Source: Alphaproteobacteria bacterium
GTDB taxonomy: Bacteria; Pseudomonadota; Alphaproteobacteria; JAEULC01
Reading direction: 5' to 3'
Assembly (NCBI GenBank): GCA_023150455.1
Contig: JAKLKW010000004.1
Span: forward strand, 3,197-67,196
Length of the DNA: 64,000 bases
The notes beneath the pieces are model-generated. The model searched no databases. It was not told where the DNA came from and saw only the letters and a program-made list of their open reading frames with translations. A program made the position numbers and the translations under genes. Positions 28,621 through 38,990 of the stretch are shown here, one piece after another (position 1 is the first letter of the stretch; each line of letters begins with the position of its first letter).

Positions 28621-30279
28621 ATGACCAGACCAGGGCAAGCCGGAGCCGGCGGGGCGCCAGGCGGCGCGGCCGGCATCCTGCTCGGCCGGGGCGAAGGGCC
28701 GGTCGGGCTGGTGGCCCGCATGGCCAATCGGCACGGGCTGATCGCCGGGGCCACCGGCACCGGCAAGACCGCAACCTTGTTAACCATGGCCGAGGGCTTC
28801 TCGCGCCTGGGCGTGCCGGTCCTCGTCGCCGACGTCAAAGGCGACGTGGCGGGCCTGAGCCAGTCGGCCGGCGACAATCCGAAGGTGGCCGAGCGCGTGG
28901 TCCGGCTCGGGCTCCAGGACTGGCGGCCCGAGGCCTCGCCGGTGGTGTTCTGGGACGTGCTGGGCGAGCAGGGCCATCCGCTCCGCACCACCGTGTCCGA
29001 GATCGGGCCCATGCTGTTCGCCCGCCTCCTGGGCCTGAACGAGGTGCAGGGCGGCGTGCTGACGGTCGCCTTCGCGCTCGCCGACGACGACGGCCTGCTG
29101 CTCCTGGACCTGAAGGACCTGCGCGCGCTGCTCGCCCACGTCGCCGAGAACGCGAAGGGGATCAACGCGCGCTACGGCGCCGTCAGCGCCGCCTCGGTCG
29201 GCGCCATCCAGCGCGCGCTGCTCGAGCTCGAGCGCCAGGGCGGCGGCCGGTTCCTGGGCGAGCCGGCCTTCGATCCCATCGAGCTGCTGACCCCCGGCCC
29301 CGCCGGCCGCGGCCCGATCCACGTCCTGGCCGCCGACAAGCTGATGGCGGCGCCGCGCGTCTACGCCTGTTTCCTGTTGTGGCTGCTGGCGGAGCTGTTC
29401 GAGCGCCTGCCGGAGGTCGGCGACGCCGACAAGCCGGGCCTGGTGCTGTTCTTCGACGAGGCGCATCTGTTGTTCGACGACGCGCCCAAGGCGCTGGTCG
29501 ACAGCGTCGAGCGGGTGGCGCGGCTGATCCGCTCGAAGGGCGTCGGGGTCTATTTCGTCACGCAGTCGCCGCTCGACCTGCCCGACACCGTGCTGGGACA
29601 GCTCGGCAACCGCGTGCAGCACGCGCTGCGCGCCTTCACGCCGCGCGACCAGCAGGCGGTGCGCGCGGCGGCCGAGACCTTCCGGCCCAACCCGCGCATC
29701 GACACGGCGCGCGCGATCACGGAGCTCGCGGTGGGCGAGGCGCTGGTTTCGGCCCTCCGCCCCGACGGCAGCCCGGGCATCGTCGAGCGCGTGCTGATCG
29801 CGCCGCCACGCTGCCGGCTCGGCGCGATCACGGCCGAGGCGCGCCGCCAGACCATGGCGGCGGGACCCTTCGCCGGGCGCTACGACGAGCCCGTCGACCG
29901 CGAGTCCGCCTTCGAGCTTCTGGCGCACCGGGTCGAGGCGCACGCCGCCGGCGGCTGGGCCCCGAACCCCTGGGGCGGCGGCGAAACCGCCGCGGGCGGC
30001 AAGAGCGCGGCGGAGATCTGGGGCAGCGGCGGCCGGCAGGAGCCGAAGCGCCCGGCACCACGGCCGCCAGCGCCGCCGTCGCGTCCGGCGCCGCGCCATC
30101 CGCGCCGCGACGAGCCGGTCGAGCGTGTCCCCATGCCCACATCGTCAAGTCATCGCGGCGGCGGGTACAGCCGGCGCGAGGGCCTGGCCGAGGCGATGAT
30201 GAAGAGCGCCGGGCGCGCCATCGCGGGCGAGGTGGGACGCCGCATCATCCGCGGCGTCCTCGGGTCGATCCTGAAGTAG
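28621..30279 (+). CDS. HerA-like ATPase, DUF853/YjgR family
   Basis: NRHGLIAGATGTGKT, DVKGD, FFDEAHLLF, NRVQHALRAF. Confidence 0.92.
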   Translation: MTRPGQAGAGGAPGGAAGILLGRGEGPVGLVARMANRHGLIAGATGTGKTATLLTMAEGFSRLGVPVLVADVKGDVAGLSQSAGDNPKVAERVVRLGLQDWRPEASPVVFWDVLGEQGHPLRTTVSEIGPMLFARLLGLNEVQGGVLTVAFALADDDGLLLLDLKDLRALLAHVAENAKGINARYGAVSAASVGAIQRALLELERQGGGRFLGEPAFDPIELLTPGPAGRGPIHVLAADKLMAAPRVYACFLLWLLAELFERLPEVGDADKPGLVLFFDEAHLLFDDAPKALVDSVERVARLIRSKGVGVYFVTQSPLDLPDTVLGQLGNRVQHALRAFTPRDQQAVRAAAETFRPNPRIDTARAITELAVGEALVSALRPDGSPGIVERVLIAPPRCRLGAITAEARRQTMAAGPFAGRYDEPVDRESAFELLAHRVEAHAAGGWAPNPWGGGETAAGGKSAAEIWGSGGRQEPKRPAPRPPAPPSRPAPRHPRRDEPVERVPMPTSSSHRGGGYSRREGLAEAMMKSAGRAIAGEVGRRIIRGVLGSILK

Positions 30280-30285
30280 GCCCCG

Positions 30286-30837
30286 ATGACCGATCCGCGC
30301 GACTTGCAGATCCAGGACAAGAGGCTGGTCGCGCTGTGGCACCACTGGCTCGGCGCGCGCGGCGGCCGCGCCATGCCGTCGCGCCGCGCGATCGATCCGA
30401 CGGCGATGCCGGCGAGCCTGCCGCACCTGTTCGTCTACGACTACGACCCGACCGCCGGCCGGTTCTTCTGCCGCCTGGCCGGGGAGGAGATCAACGTCGT
30501 CGCCGGCACCGCCTGCTCGCGCCGCTACTTCGACGAGATATTTCCGCCGGCCATCGTCGCCATTGTGGGGGAACGGTACCGGCGCGTGGTGACCACGCCG
30601 ACGCTCGCCCACATGCGCGGGACGATCATGACGGTGAACGGCATGCGGGTGCCGGGAGAGCGGCTTCTGCTGCCGCTGTCGGATGACGGGGCCGTCGGCG
30701 ACGGGCTCATCGGCGTGTCCATCTATCAGCGGCCCGAAGCCTTCCAGGCCGGCGCCTGGCTGGACGAGCCCCTGGTCGAAGCGGTCTTTCCCGGGCTGCC
30801 GCCGGCGGATTGGGCGCCGCAGCCAGAGGTCGTGTGA
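30286..30837 (+). CDS. Stand-alone PAS (PAS_5/DUF1457-like) domain protein
   Basis: HWLGARGGRAMPSRRAIDP, LPHLF, RLAG, ERLLLPLS. Confidence 0.82.
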   Translation: MTDPRDLQIQDKRLVALWHHWLGARGGRAMPSRRAIDPTAMPASLPHLFVYDYDPTAGRFFCRLAGEEINVVAGTACSRRYFDEIFPPAIVAIVGERYRRVVTTPTLAHMRGTIMTVNGMRVPGERLLLPLSDDGAVGDGLIGVSIYQRPEAFQAGAWLDEPLVEAVFPGLPPADWAPQPEVV

Positions 30838-31478
30838 ACGGCGGCCCGTCCGCGCCGCCGCCGCCGATCGGCGACAAGCGGCTGGCCGAGCTGTGGCGGC
30901 ACTGGCTGGAGGCGCGCAGCGGCCGGATGATGCCGGCGCGCCGCGACATCGACGCGGCGCGCATCCCGTCGCTGCTCGCGCATCTCTTCGTCTACGACTA
31001 TCACCCCGACACGGACCGCTTCTACTGCCGCCTCGCCGGCGAGGACATCTTTGCCGCCGCCGGCATCCGCGGCGCGCGCAAGTTCCTCGACGAGCTGTTC
31101 GCCTTGCCGCCGACGCTCGAGCGCGTGCGCGATCGCTACCGCCGCGTGATCGGGCGGCCCGGAAGCGACCGGCCGATGATCCTGCATTCCAGGGGATTGC
31201 TGCGCGTCGCCAGCGGCTACCGCATCCCCGGCGAACGCCTCGTGCTGCCGCTCGCCAACGACGGCGAGACCGCCGACGGGCTGGTGGGTGCCACGATCTA
31301 TCGCCGCAACGAGGCGCTGTCGCCTTGCCGCCGCCCGGCTAGCGACGCGCCGGGCTTACAGGTGCACGAGGGTCGGCGCGAACCAGGCGAGCCCGCCCAG
31401 CACCAGGCCGGCCGCGCTCAAGCCGCCGGCCAGGAAGACCAGCCAGCCGGCGCCGGTGATGATCGTGGCCGAGGCTAG
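30834..31478 (+). CDS. Second stand-alone PAS_5-like protein (paralog); C-terminus possibly frameshifted
   Basis: HWLEARSGRMMPARRDID, HLFVYDY, CRLAGE, ERLVLPLA. GTGA overlap with the first copy. Confidence 0.75.
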   Translation: MNGGPSAPPPPIGDKRLAELWRHWLEARSGRMMPARRDIDAARIPSLLAHLFVYDYHPDTDRFYCRLAGEDIFAAAGIRGARKFLDELFALPPTLERVRDRYRRVIGRPGSDRPMILHSRGLLRVASGYRIPGERLVLPLANDGETADGLVGATIYRRNEALSPCRRPASDAPGLQVHEGRREPGEPAQHQAGRAQAAGQEDQPAGAGDDRGRG

Positions 31479-31931
31479 GACGATCGCGATCTGGAACGCG
31501 GCCGACGACAGCTCGAACAGGTGGTAGGCGGCCATCGAACGGTCGCGCAAGACTTCCTGCGCCTTGGCGCGGGCCATCAGCTCCTGGCGGCCCTCCTGTT
31601 TGTCCGGCTCGGATTCGTAGCGGTCGGCGGTGACGCGCCACTCGCCGATCTGCTTCTTGCGCGCCTCGACCAGCGGCGCGGGCAGCCCGTCGGTCGGATC
31701 GAGCGCCGCCGTGCTCGCGGCCACGCGCAGCGTCGTCTGCCGGATCGTCTTCGCCTGGAAGAACTGCCAGAGATTCGTCGCGTCGATGTTGTGGAACAGC
31801 GCGGCGGTCTGGGCGCTCTTACCGCCGGTCTCCGCGATCGCCAGGAGTGCGGCGAGCGCGGCGATGAAGATGGCGATCTTCTTGTTGCTGCCGTGTTCGG
31901 CGCCGTGTTCGGCATGATGGCCGTGAGCCAT
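31356..31931 (-). CDS. DUF4337-like membrane protein
   Basis: KKIAIFIAALA, NLWQFFQAKTIR, FQIAIVLASATIIT. Confidence 0.85.
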   Translation of the reverse strand: MAHGHHAEHGAEHGSNKKIAIFIAALAALLAIAETGGKSAQTAALFHNIDATNLWQFFQAKTIRQTTLRVAASTAALDPTDGLPAPLVEARKKQIGEWRVTADRYESEPDKQEGRQELMARAKAQEVLRDRSMAAYHLFELSSAAFQIAIVLASATIITGAGWLVFLAGGLSAAGLVLGGLAWFAPTLVHL

Positions 31932-32198
31932 GTCGTCCCCCTTGCGTGACGTTCAGGCGGCCGTTCACCCGCCTCGAAGGAAGGCGCGGCCGCGTTGTCG
32001 GTTGGAATGTGGTGAAATCGGCGAAGCGCACCGAGACGTGACGATGAAGGTTCCGCCGCTCCCGTCCGGGGCGCGCCGGAACGCGGGCGAAGCTAATGCA
32101 TCGCCGGCGCGGAATCCATCGTGGCGCTTTCTCTAGTTGACGAACGGGGCCGGATTGATGTTTGGGGTTGGGGCGATCGGAAGGACAAGGAACCGTCC

Positions 32199-32768
32199 AT
32201 GGACCCCATCCGCATGATCGAGACGCGCCGGTCGGTGTCGAACCTGGTGGAGCCGGCGCCCGGGCCCGAGGCGCTGGCGCGCGCCTTCCAGGCCGCGGTG
32301 TCGGCGCCTGACCACAAGCGCCTGCGCCCCTGGCGCTTCCTCGTGATCGAAGGCGAGGCGCGGGCGCGCTTCGGCCAGCTCGTGGCCGACGCGCTGAAGC
32401 AGCGCGAGCCCGGCGCGCCGGTCGAGGTCCTGCAGAAGGAAAGCCAGAAGCCGCTGCGCGCACCGCTGATCATCGTGGTCGCGGCGACGATCCAGCCGGA
32501 CGTGCCGGGCGCGCCGCCGGTCGAGCAGACGCTCGCCGCCGGCGCGGCGACGCAGAACCTGCTGCTCGCGCTGCATGCCCAGGGCTACGGCACGGCCTGG
32601 AAGACCGGTCCGGCCGCCTATTGCCCGGTCGTCAAGGCCGGGCTCGGCCTCAAGCCCGACGACCAGATCATCGGCTTCGTCTACACCGGCTCGATCGGCG
32701 CGCCGCCGGCTGCGGCGCCACCGCTCGCGCACCGCGATTTCGTCACGCGCTGGACGCCGGCGCGATAG
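32199..32768 (+). CDS. Nitroreductase (YdjA-like)
   Basis: TRRS, APDHKRLRPWRF, RAPLII, AWKTG. Confidence 0.9.
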   Translation: MDPIRMIETRRSVSNLVEPAPGPEALARAFQAAVSAPDHKRLRPWRFLVIEGEARARFGQLVADALKQREPGAPVEVLQKESQKPLRAPLIIVVAATIQPDVPGAPPVEQTLAAGAATQNLLLALHAQGYGTAWKTGPAAYCPVVKAGLGLKPDDQIIGFVYTGSIGAPPAAAPPLAHRDFVTRWTPAR

Positions 32769-32845
32769 CGCGGCGGTCCGCACCATCCGGTGCTCACGTC
32801 CAGGATTTCAGGCGGGAAAAGCGGACCGGAACGAACGGGAGGGAA

Positions 32846-32921
32846 TGGTGGAGCTGAGGGGAATCGAACCCCTGACCTTCTCATTGCGAACGAGACGCTC
32901 TCCCAACTGAGCTACAGCCCC
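32846..32921 (-). tRNA. tRNA-Ala (anticodon CGC)
   Basis: 76 nt: GGGGCTGTAGCTCAGTTGGGAGAGCG...TT-CGC-AA...GGTTCGATTCC...CTCCACCA, with encoded CCA. Confidence 0.97.
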
Positions 32922-32970
32922 ACGGGAAATACTGCGGCCGCGCGTCGCTGCCCGGCCGCACGCGGCGCGG

Positions 32971-32998
32971 ATAATAGGTAGGGGGCAGGAAGTGTCAA
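32971..32998 (-). promoter_or_regulatory. Sigma70 promoter of tRNA-Ala
   Basis: TTGACA-N16-TATTAT followed by a GC-rich discriminator. Confidence 0.7.
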
Positions 32999-33116
32999 GC
33001 AAGAGCCCGGCAGGACCGCAATGGCGAAAAAGTTCGTGCCCTGTCCGCGCCTTGCGCCCCGGGGCCGCCGCCGCTAGGGTAGCGCCTTCCTTCCTCCAGG
33101 CGCGTCCGATCCCGCC

Positions 33117-33398
33117 ATGTACGAACTCGGCCAACTCCTGCTCCTGCTGATCCAGCTCTATTCCTACTGTGTGATCGCCTCGGTGATCCTCAGCTGGCTG
33201 GTCGCGTTCAACGTGGTCAACACGCACAACCGCGTGGTCAGCGCCATCGGCGAGTTCCTCTACCGCATCACCGAGCCGGCGCTGGCGCCGATCCGGCGCT
33301 ACGTGCCGGCTTTCGGCGGCATCGACATCTCGCCCTTCATCCTGCTGCTGCTCCTTTGGTTCCTCAGCATGATCATCGCGCGCCGCTGGCCGTGGTGA
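33117..33398 (+). CDS. yggT: YggT family membrane protein
   Basis: [30 protein letters not shown]. Confidence 0.92.
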   Translation: MYELGQLLLLLIQLYSYCVIASVILSWLVAFNVVNTHNRVVSAIGEFLYRITEPALAPIRRYVPAFGGIDISPFILLLLLWFLSMIIARRWPW

Positions 33399-33778
33399 AG
33401 CGGGACCGGTCGTCCCCGGCAAACCCGGTGTCGTCCGCAGCCGCGCCGTCTTCCTCGGGCCCGTCGCCCATAGCGCCCATGCGGAACGGCGTGCGCGTGA
33501 CCGTCAGGTTGACGCCCAAGGCGTCGGCCGACCGGCTGTCCGGGGTCGTGGTCGACGACGCCGGGCGACCGGCGCTGAAGGCCGCCGTCACGGCGCCGCC
33601 CGAGGACGGCAAGGCCAACGCGGCGCTGCTGAAGCTTCTGGCCAAGGCCTGCGGCGTGCCGCGCTCGGCGCTGGCGCTCGTCTCGGGCCAGACGCACCGC
33701 ACCAAGCTGGTCGAGATCGGAGGCGACCCAGCGGAGCTGCAGCGCCGCCTCGGCGCCGTACGGGGGGAGAAGACGTGA
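33395..33778 (+). CDS. DUF167 (YggU) family protein
   Basis: [30 protein letters not shown]. Start is GTG 33395 or ATG 33479. Confidence 0.88.
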   Translation: MKRDRSSPANPVSSAAAPSSSGPSPIAPMRNGVRVTVRLTPKASADRLSGVVVDDAGRPALKAAVTAPPEDGKANAALLKLLAKACGVPRSALALVSGQTHRTKLVEIGGDPAELQRRLGAVRGEKT

Positions 33779-34647
33779 GCGCAACGCTGATCGATGGCAA
33801 GGCGACCGCGCGCGAATCGAACGCCCGCGTCGCGGCGGCGGCGGCCGAGCTCAAGGCGCGGCATGGGCTGGTGCCCGGCCTGACCGTGGTGCTGGTGGGG
33901 GAGAACCCGGCCAGCAAGGTCTATGTCGCGAGCAAGGAGCGCGAGGCCAAGGCCGCCGGCATGCACAGCACGGCCCATCGCCTGCCGGAGAACGCGACCC
34001 AGGCCGAGCTGCTCGCGCTGATCGCGCGGCTGAACGCCGATCCCGCCGTGCACGGCATCCTGGTGCAGCTGCCGCTGCCCAAGCAGATCGACGCCAATGC
34101 GGTGATCGAGGCGCTCGACCCGGCCAAGGACGTCGACGGGTTCCACACCGTCAACACCGGGCGGCTGTGGAGCACCGGCGGCGGGCTCGTGCCCTGCACG
34201 CCGCAGGGCTGCATGCTGCTGCTGTCGCGCGCGCTGCCGCGCGCCGCCGGCGCGCACGCCGTCGTGCTCGGCCGCTCGATCATCGTCGGCAAGCCCGTCG
34301 CGGCGCTGCTGCTCGGCGCCGACTGCACGGTGACGCTCGCGCACTCCAAGAGCCGCGACCTGCCCGCGATCTGCCGCGGCGCCGACATCCTGGTCGCCGC
34401 CGTCGGCCGGCCCGAGATGGTGCGCGGCCACTGGATCAAGCCGGGTGCGGTCGTGATCGACGTCGGCATCAACCGCATGTCGGACGGCAAGCTCGTCGGC
34501 GACGTCGCCTTCGCCGAGGCGAGCGGGGTGGCCGGCGCCATCACGCCGGTGCCCGGCGGCGTCGGCCCGATGACGATCGCCTGCCTCCTGCGCAACACGC
34601 TCGTCGCCGCGTGCCGCCAGCGCAGCCTGCCGCAACCGGTCCTGTAG
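33775..34647 (+). CDS. folD: Methylenetetrahydrofolate dehydrogenase/cyclohydrolase
   Basis: [39 protein letters not shown]. Confidence 0.97.
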   Translation: MSATLIDGKATARESNARVAAAAAELKARHGLVPGLTVVLVGENPASKVYVASKEREAKAAGMHSTAHRLPENATQAELLALIARLNADPAVHGILVQLPLPKQIDANAVIEALDPAKDVDGFHTVNTGRLWSTGGGLVPCTPQGCMLLLSRALPRAAGAHAVVLGRSIIVGKPVAALLLGADCTVTLAHSKSRDLPAICRGADILVAAVGRPEMVRGHWIKPGAVVIDVGINRMSDGKLVGDVAFAEASGVAGAITPVPGGVGPMTIACLLRNTLVAACRQRSLPQPVL

Positions 34648-34719
34648 CCGGACAACGTCACCGAATCATCGCCAATCTCCGCTGGCGGGAATCGGGCGAT
34701 CTGCCGATAATCGCCGCCC

Positions 34720-35418
34720 ATGATCGGCAGCCTGACCGGCTTGTTCCTCGCGCTGCTGGCGTTCGTCGCCGGCCATTTCCTGTTCGCCGGCACGCCGTTG
34801 CGCGCCACCATGGCCGATCTCGTCGGCGGGGAAGGGCGGTTCCGCGGCGTCTTCTCGCTGTTCTCGGCGGTGACGCTGATGTGGGTGATCCTCGCCTATG
34901 GCGCCGCGCCGCATCACCAGCTCTGGGCCGACGCGAAGCTGCTGCGGCTGATCACGGTCCTGCTGCTGCCGATCGCCACCATCCTGATCGTCTGCGGCCT
35001 GTCGACGCCCAACGCGACGGCGGTCGGCGGCGAGCGGGCGGCCGATCTGCCCGATCCCCTGCCGGGCATCATGAAGGTCACGCGTCATCCGTTCCTCTGG
35101 GGCGTCGCGATCTGGGCGATCGCGCACATCCCCGCCAACGGCGACGCGGCCAGCGTTCTGCTGTTCGGCGGCATGGCGATCCTCGCGCTCGGCGGCATGC
35201 CGTCGATCGACGCCAAGTCGCAGCGCAGGCTGGGATCGGCATGGGGGCCGATCGCCATGCGCAGCTCGCTGCTGCCGTTCGGCGCCATCCTCAGCGGCCG
35301 CGCGCACCTGTCGTTCGCCGAGATCGGTTGGTTGCGCATCGCCGGCGGCGTCGCGCTCTACCTCGTGCTGCTGCTGGTGCATCCCTGGATCACCGGCAAA
35401 CCCGTGATGCCGTTCTAG
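34720..35418 (+). CDS. NnrU family membrane protein
   Basis: VTRHPFLWG..WAIAHIPANGD.AS..LFG, HPW. Confidence 0.88.
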   Translation: MIGSLTGLFLALLAFVAGHFLFAGTPLRATMADLVGGEGRFRGVFSLFSAVTLMWVILAYGAAPHHQLWADAKLLRLITVLLLPIATILIVCGLSTPNATAVGGERAADLPDPLPGIMKVTRHPFLWGVAIWAIAHIPANGDAASVLLFGGMAILALGGMPSIDAKSQRRLGSAWGPIAMRSSLLPFGAILSGRAHLSFAEIGWLRIAGGVALYLVLLLVHPWITGKPVMPF

Positions 35419-35436
35419 CGGAAAGGTCCCACGCCC

Positions 35437-35856
35437 GTGAGCACCGATGCGAATTGCGTGTTCTGCAAGATCGTCGCCGGCACGATCCCATGCTTCAAGC
35501 TGTTCGAGGACGACCGCACGATCGCCTTCATGGACATCAACCCCGGCAACGACGGGCATGCGCTGGCGATCCCCAAGGCGCACCATCCCGATTTCTATTC
35601 CATGCCGCCCGACCTGCTCGGCGCCGTCGCCGCGACCGCCCAGCGCGTGGCGCTCGCCGTCAGGAAGACGCTCGAGCCCGACGGGATCAACCTGGTGCAG
35701 GCCAACGGCAAGGGCGCCGAGCAGTCGGTGTTCCACTTCCACCTGCACGTCCTGCCGCGCCGCATCGGCGACGAGCTCAAGATGAACTGGGGCCACCGCC
35801 CGGGCGACATGGCGCGCGTGAAGGAGATCTATGAAAAGGTCAAGGCGGCGATGTGA
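35437..35856 (+). CDS. HIT family protein
   Basis: CVFCKI, GHALAIPK, HFHLH triad. Confidence 0.93.
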   Translation: MSTDANCVFCKIVAGTIPCFKLFEDDRTIAFMDINPGNDGHALAIPKAHHPDFYSMPPDLLGAVAATAQRVALAVRKTLEPDGINLVQANGKGAEQSVFHFHLHVLPRRIGDELKMNWGHRPGDMARVKEIYEKVKAAM

Positions 35857-35889
35857 GGCGCCGCGACAGGCGGCTTCGTCCGTGCAGGC

Positions 35890-35910
35890 GTCCTTCGACA
35901 AGCTCAGGAC
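35890..35910. repeat. Half REP-like element GTCCTTCGACAAGCTCAGGAC
   Basis: Resembles the CCTTCGACAAGCTCAGG alphaproteobacterial REP type; lies between convergent genes. Confidence 0.5.
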
Positions 35911-35937
35911 GAGGCGACAGTCGAGAGCAAAGAGTCC

Positions 35938-37008
35938 TCACAGCCTGCCATGCCGCCGCATCGCGTCCGTGAGCTTGTCGAGCGGGAGCGCGTGGGCCAC
36001 GCGGCCCTGGCGGCCGGTGGTGGTCTCGGCGGCGCACAGCGCGTTGAGGATGGCTTCCTCGGTCGCCTCGGCGGCGGCCTGGAACAGCGGCGTCATCTGG
36101 TCGGCGGCGAGCATGCGAACGTCGGTCATGGTGGCCGAAAGCTTCACACGGTTGGCGGTCGAGAAGGCGAGGAAGATATCGCCGCTGCCGTTGGCGCCGA
36201 TGCCGCCGGCCCAGGCGAGCCCCGTGGTTGCGCGGCGCGCCAAGCGCTGGCACTGGATCGGCAGCAGTGGCGCGTCGGTGGCGAGGATCACGATGATCGA
36301 GCTGCCGAGGTCGGGCAGGTCGCGGTGCGACGGCACGACGTCGCGTCCGATCGCGCGGCCGACCGGCACGCCGTCGACGCGCAAGAGCTCGCGCGCGCCG
36401 TAGTTCGCCTGCACCAGCGCGCCCACCGTGTAGCGCGCGCCGGCGGTCTCGGCGAGGCGCGACGCCGTGCCGATGCCGCCCTTGAACTCGTGGCACACCA
36501 TGCCGGTGCCGCCGCCGACGCAGCCCTCGGCGACCGGGCCGGGGGCGGCGCCGCCGAGCGCCGCGAAAACATGCGCGGCCGTGACCGGGAAACGCTCGGC
36601 CTCGCTCAGCCAGCCGTCAAAGGTCTCGGCCACGACCGGCAGGTGCCAGGGCTGCGCCGCGCGGTGGCGCACGGCGTAGTCGACGACCGCGTCGCGCACC
36701 ACGCCGACCGAGTGCGTGTTGGTGATGCAGACCGGCATCGCCAGCAGGCCCTGCTCGGCGATCCAGATCGTGCCCGTCATCTCGCCGTTGCCGTTGAAGG
36801 AATGGAAGCCCGCGAACACCGCGTCGCTCCAGATGTCCGGCCCGGCCGGCCAGATCGCCGTCACGCCGGTGCGCGCGACAAAGGGCTCGTCATGCACGAC
36901 CGTCGCGTGGCCGACGCGCACGCCGGCCACGTCGGTGATGGCGTTGAGCGGACCGGGCGGCAGCGCGCCGACCGCGATGCCGAGATCGCGCAACCTCGCG
37001 CGCGACAT
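35938..37008 (-). CDS. DmpA-like P1/S58 aminopeptidase
   Basis: NAITDVAGV, NGNGEMTG, GGGTGM, FKGGIG, GSSII..ATDAPL, GSGD. Confidence 0.92.
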   Translation of the reverse strand: MSRARLRDLGIAVGALPPGPLNAITDVAGVRVGHATVVHDEPFVARTGVTAIWPAGPDIWSDAVFAGFHSFNGNGEMTGTIWIAEQGLLAMPVCITNTHSVGVVRDAVVDYAVRHRAAQPWHLPVVAETFDGWLSEAERFPVTAAHVFAALGGAAPGPVAEGCVGGGTGMVCHEFKGGIGTASRLAETAGARYTVGALVQANYGARELLRVDGVPVGRAIGRDVVPSHRDLPDLGSSIIVILATDAPLLPIQCQRLARRATTGLAWAGGIGANGSGDIFLAFSTANRVKLSATMTDVRMLAADQMTPLFQAAAEATEEAILNALCAAETTTGRQGRVAHALPLDKLTDAMRRHGRL

Positions 37009-37907
37009 CAGAGGCGGAGCCAGTCGGGCTTGGCGGGAACGAGCCTGCTGCCGCCGGCCGCGAGCGCGCCGCCTTCGGCCTCGAGCTTGTCCACGAACTC
37101 GAGGCGCAGCAGCGCGAGGCCGAGCCCGTCGGCGGCCGAGCGCATCTCGCCCGCCTCCTGCTCGCCATAGGTGACCGTGGTGCCCGGCGCGGGCGTGGGG
37201 CCCTCGATGCGCACCGGCAGCAGGCGCTTCTTGATCAGGCCGCGGTACTTGGTGCGCGCGGTCAGCTCCTGCCCGACATAGCAGCCCTTCTTCCAGTCGA
37301 TGCCGTTGAGCTCGTCGAAGCCGTTCTCCAGCAGGATCGAGCGCTCGACCTCGAGGTCGCGGCTGCCGTCGGGCAGGCCGAGCCCGAGGCGCAGGGCTTC
37401 ATAGGCCGGCCGCTCGCCCGCGACGAGGCCGGCCGCTTCGAGCGTCGGCTTCAGCCGGTCGCGCGGCAGGATGGCGCGCGCGCCCATCGCCGCGAGGCGC
37501 GGATCGACGAACACGGCGCCGTCCGCGATCGGCTTGCCCGCGCCCGGCTCGGCCGCGAGGCCCAGCGCCGCGGGAGCGGCGTCGCCAAGGATCGCGGCGA
37601 CGGCAAGGCGATCGGTCGCGTCCTCGATCGTCACCTTCGAACGCAGCTTGTAGAGCTTGAGGCGCTTCAGCAGGTCGTCGCGCCGCGCCGCCTCGCAGTC
37701 CAGGTACAGGGAGCCCGCGATCTCGATCACGAAGAAGTCGTGCAGGTAGCGCCCCTGCGCCGTCAGCAGCGCGGCGTGGATCGCGCGGTCGGGGCCCGCG
37801 CGCGTCACGTCGTTGGAGACGAGGCCTTGCAGGAAGGTCCTTGCGTCCGGCCCCGAGACGGCCAGCACGCCGCGTTCCGGCAGCTCCACGTAACGTCGTT
37901 CGACCAT
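37008..37907 (-). CDS. ygfZ: Folate-binding Fe-S assembly factor YgfZ
   Basis: FLQGLVSND, KGCYVGQELTAR signature. Confidence 0.93.
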   Translation of the reverse strand: MVERRYVELPERGVLAVSGPDARTFLQGLVSNDVTRAGPDRAIHAALLTAQGRYLHDFFVIEIAGSLYLDCEAARRDDLLKRLKLYKLRSKVTIEDATDRLAVAAILGDAAPAALGLAAEPGAGKPIADGAVFVDPRLAAMGARAILPRDRLKPTLEAAGLVAGERPAYEALRLGLGLPDGSRDLEVERSILLENGFDELNGIDWKKGCYVGQELTARTKYRGLIKKRLLPVRIEGPTPAPGTTVTYGEQEAGEMRSAADGLGLALLRLEFVDKLEAEGGALAAGGSRLVPAKPDWLRL

Positions 37908-38027
37908 ACCCGTGCCCACTGCGTGGCTTTTTGTCGCAGATCCGCCGCGCTAACGTGGGGCCGGCCGGCGCAGATGGCAAGGGTGCGGCTTTGCAAGGAA
38001 ATTGCCCCGGCCGTATAACCGGCCGCG

Positions 38028-38990
38028 ATGCGGCTCTTGTTCATCACCGCGACGCGGATCGGCGACGCCGTTCTGACGACCGGGCTTCTGGAGCATCTGC
38101 GCCGCGCGCATCCGGGCATCGCCGTCACCGTGGCCTGCGGCGCGCCCGCGGCGCCCCTGTTCCGTGCGCTGCCGGGCCTCGAGCGGCTGATCGTGCTGAA
38201 CAAGCGGCGCTGGGGCCTGCATTGGCTCGACCTCTGGCGCCGGGTCGCGTTCCATGGATGGGATATCGTGGTCGACCTGCGGCGCACCGCCTTGCCCTAT
38301 CTGCTGTCCGCGCGCGAGCGCCATCGCGCGCCGCATCCCCAGCCGGGGCGCCACCGCGTCGGCGAGCTGGCGGCGGCGCTCGACCTGCCCGAGCCGCCGG
38401 CGCCCTGCCTGTGGCTCGGCGAGGCCGACCGCGCGGCGGCGCAGCGCCTGGTGCCGCCGGGCCCGCCGGTGCTCGCCCTCGGCCCCGCGGCCAACTGGCG
38501 CGGCAAGCAGTGGCGCGCCGAGCGCTTCGCCGCGCTCGCGCTCCGGCTCACGGCGCCGGGCGCCATCCTCGCCGGCGCACGCGTCGCGGTGATCGCGGCG
38601 GCGGCCGAGCGCGCGCAGGCGGCGCCCGTGCTCGACGCCGTGCCGGCCGAACGCCGCATCGATCTGGTCGGCGCCGCCGACCTGCCCGTGCTCGCCGCGT
38701 GCCTGGAGCGCGCGGCGCTGTTCGTCGGCAACGATTCCGGCCTGATGCACCTCGCCGCCGCCTCCGGCGTGCCGACGCTCGGCCTGTTCGGTCCCAGCCC
38801 GGACGACCGCTACGCGCCGTGGGGGCCGCGCGCCGCGTTCGTGCGCACGCGCGAGAGCTACAAGGCGCTGGTCACCGCGCCGTCGTTCGACCATCGCACG
38901 ACGGACACGCTGATGGACGGGCTCGGCGTCGACGATGCGGTCGCGGCGGCCGAGGCGCTGTGGGACCGGCTGCAGGGCAAGGCGGCATGA
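38028..38990 (+). CDS. Glycosyltransferase family 9 (heptosyltransferase-like)
   Basis: RIGDAVL, GKQW, VGNDSGLMHLAAA..PTLGLFGPS. Confidence 0.9.
   Translation: MRLLFITATRIGDAVLTTGLLEHLRRAHPGIAVTVACGAPAAPLFRALPGLERLIVLNKRRWGLHWLDLWRRVAFHGWDIVVDLRRTALPYLLSARERHRAPHPQPGRHRVGELAAALDLPEPPAPCLWLGEADRAAAQRLVPPGPPVLALGPAANWRGKQWRAERFAALALRLTAPGAILAGARVAVIAAAAERAQAAPVLDAVPAERRIDLVGAADLPVLAACLERAALFVGNDSGLMHLAAASGVPTLGLFGPSPDDRYAPWGPRAAFVRTRESYKALVTAPSFDHRTTDTLMDGLGVDDAVAAAEALWDRLQGKAA

Noticed and set aside
32846-32921. tRNA-Ala as an integration site for an island
   Set aside because: No integrase and no duplicated tRNA 3' end seen in the window.
35895-35981. Inverted match between the half-REP and the dmpA 3' end (TGAGCTTGTCGA)
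   Set aside because: Short, and the partner encodes ordinary residues (LDKLTD); plausibly chance.
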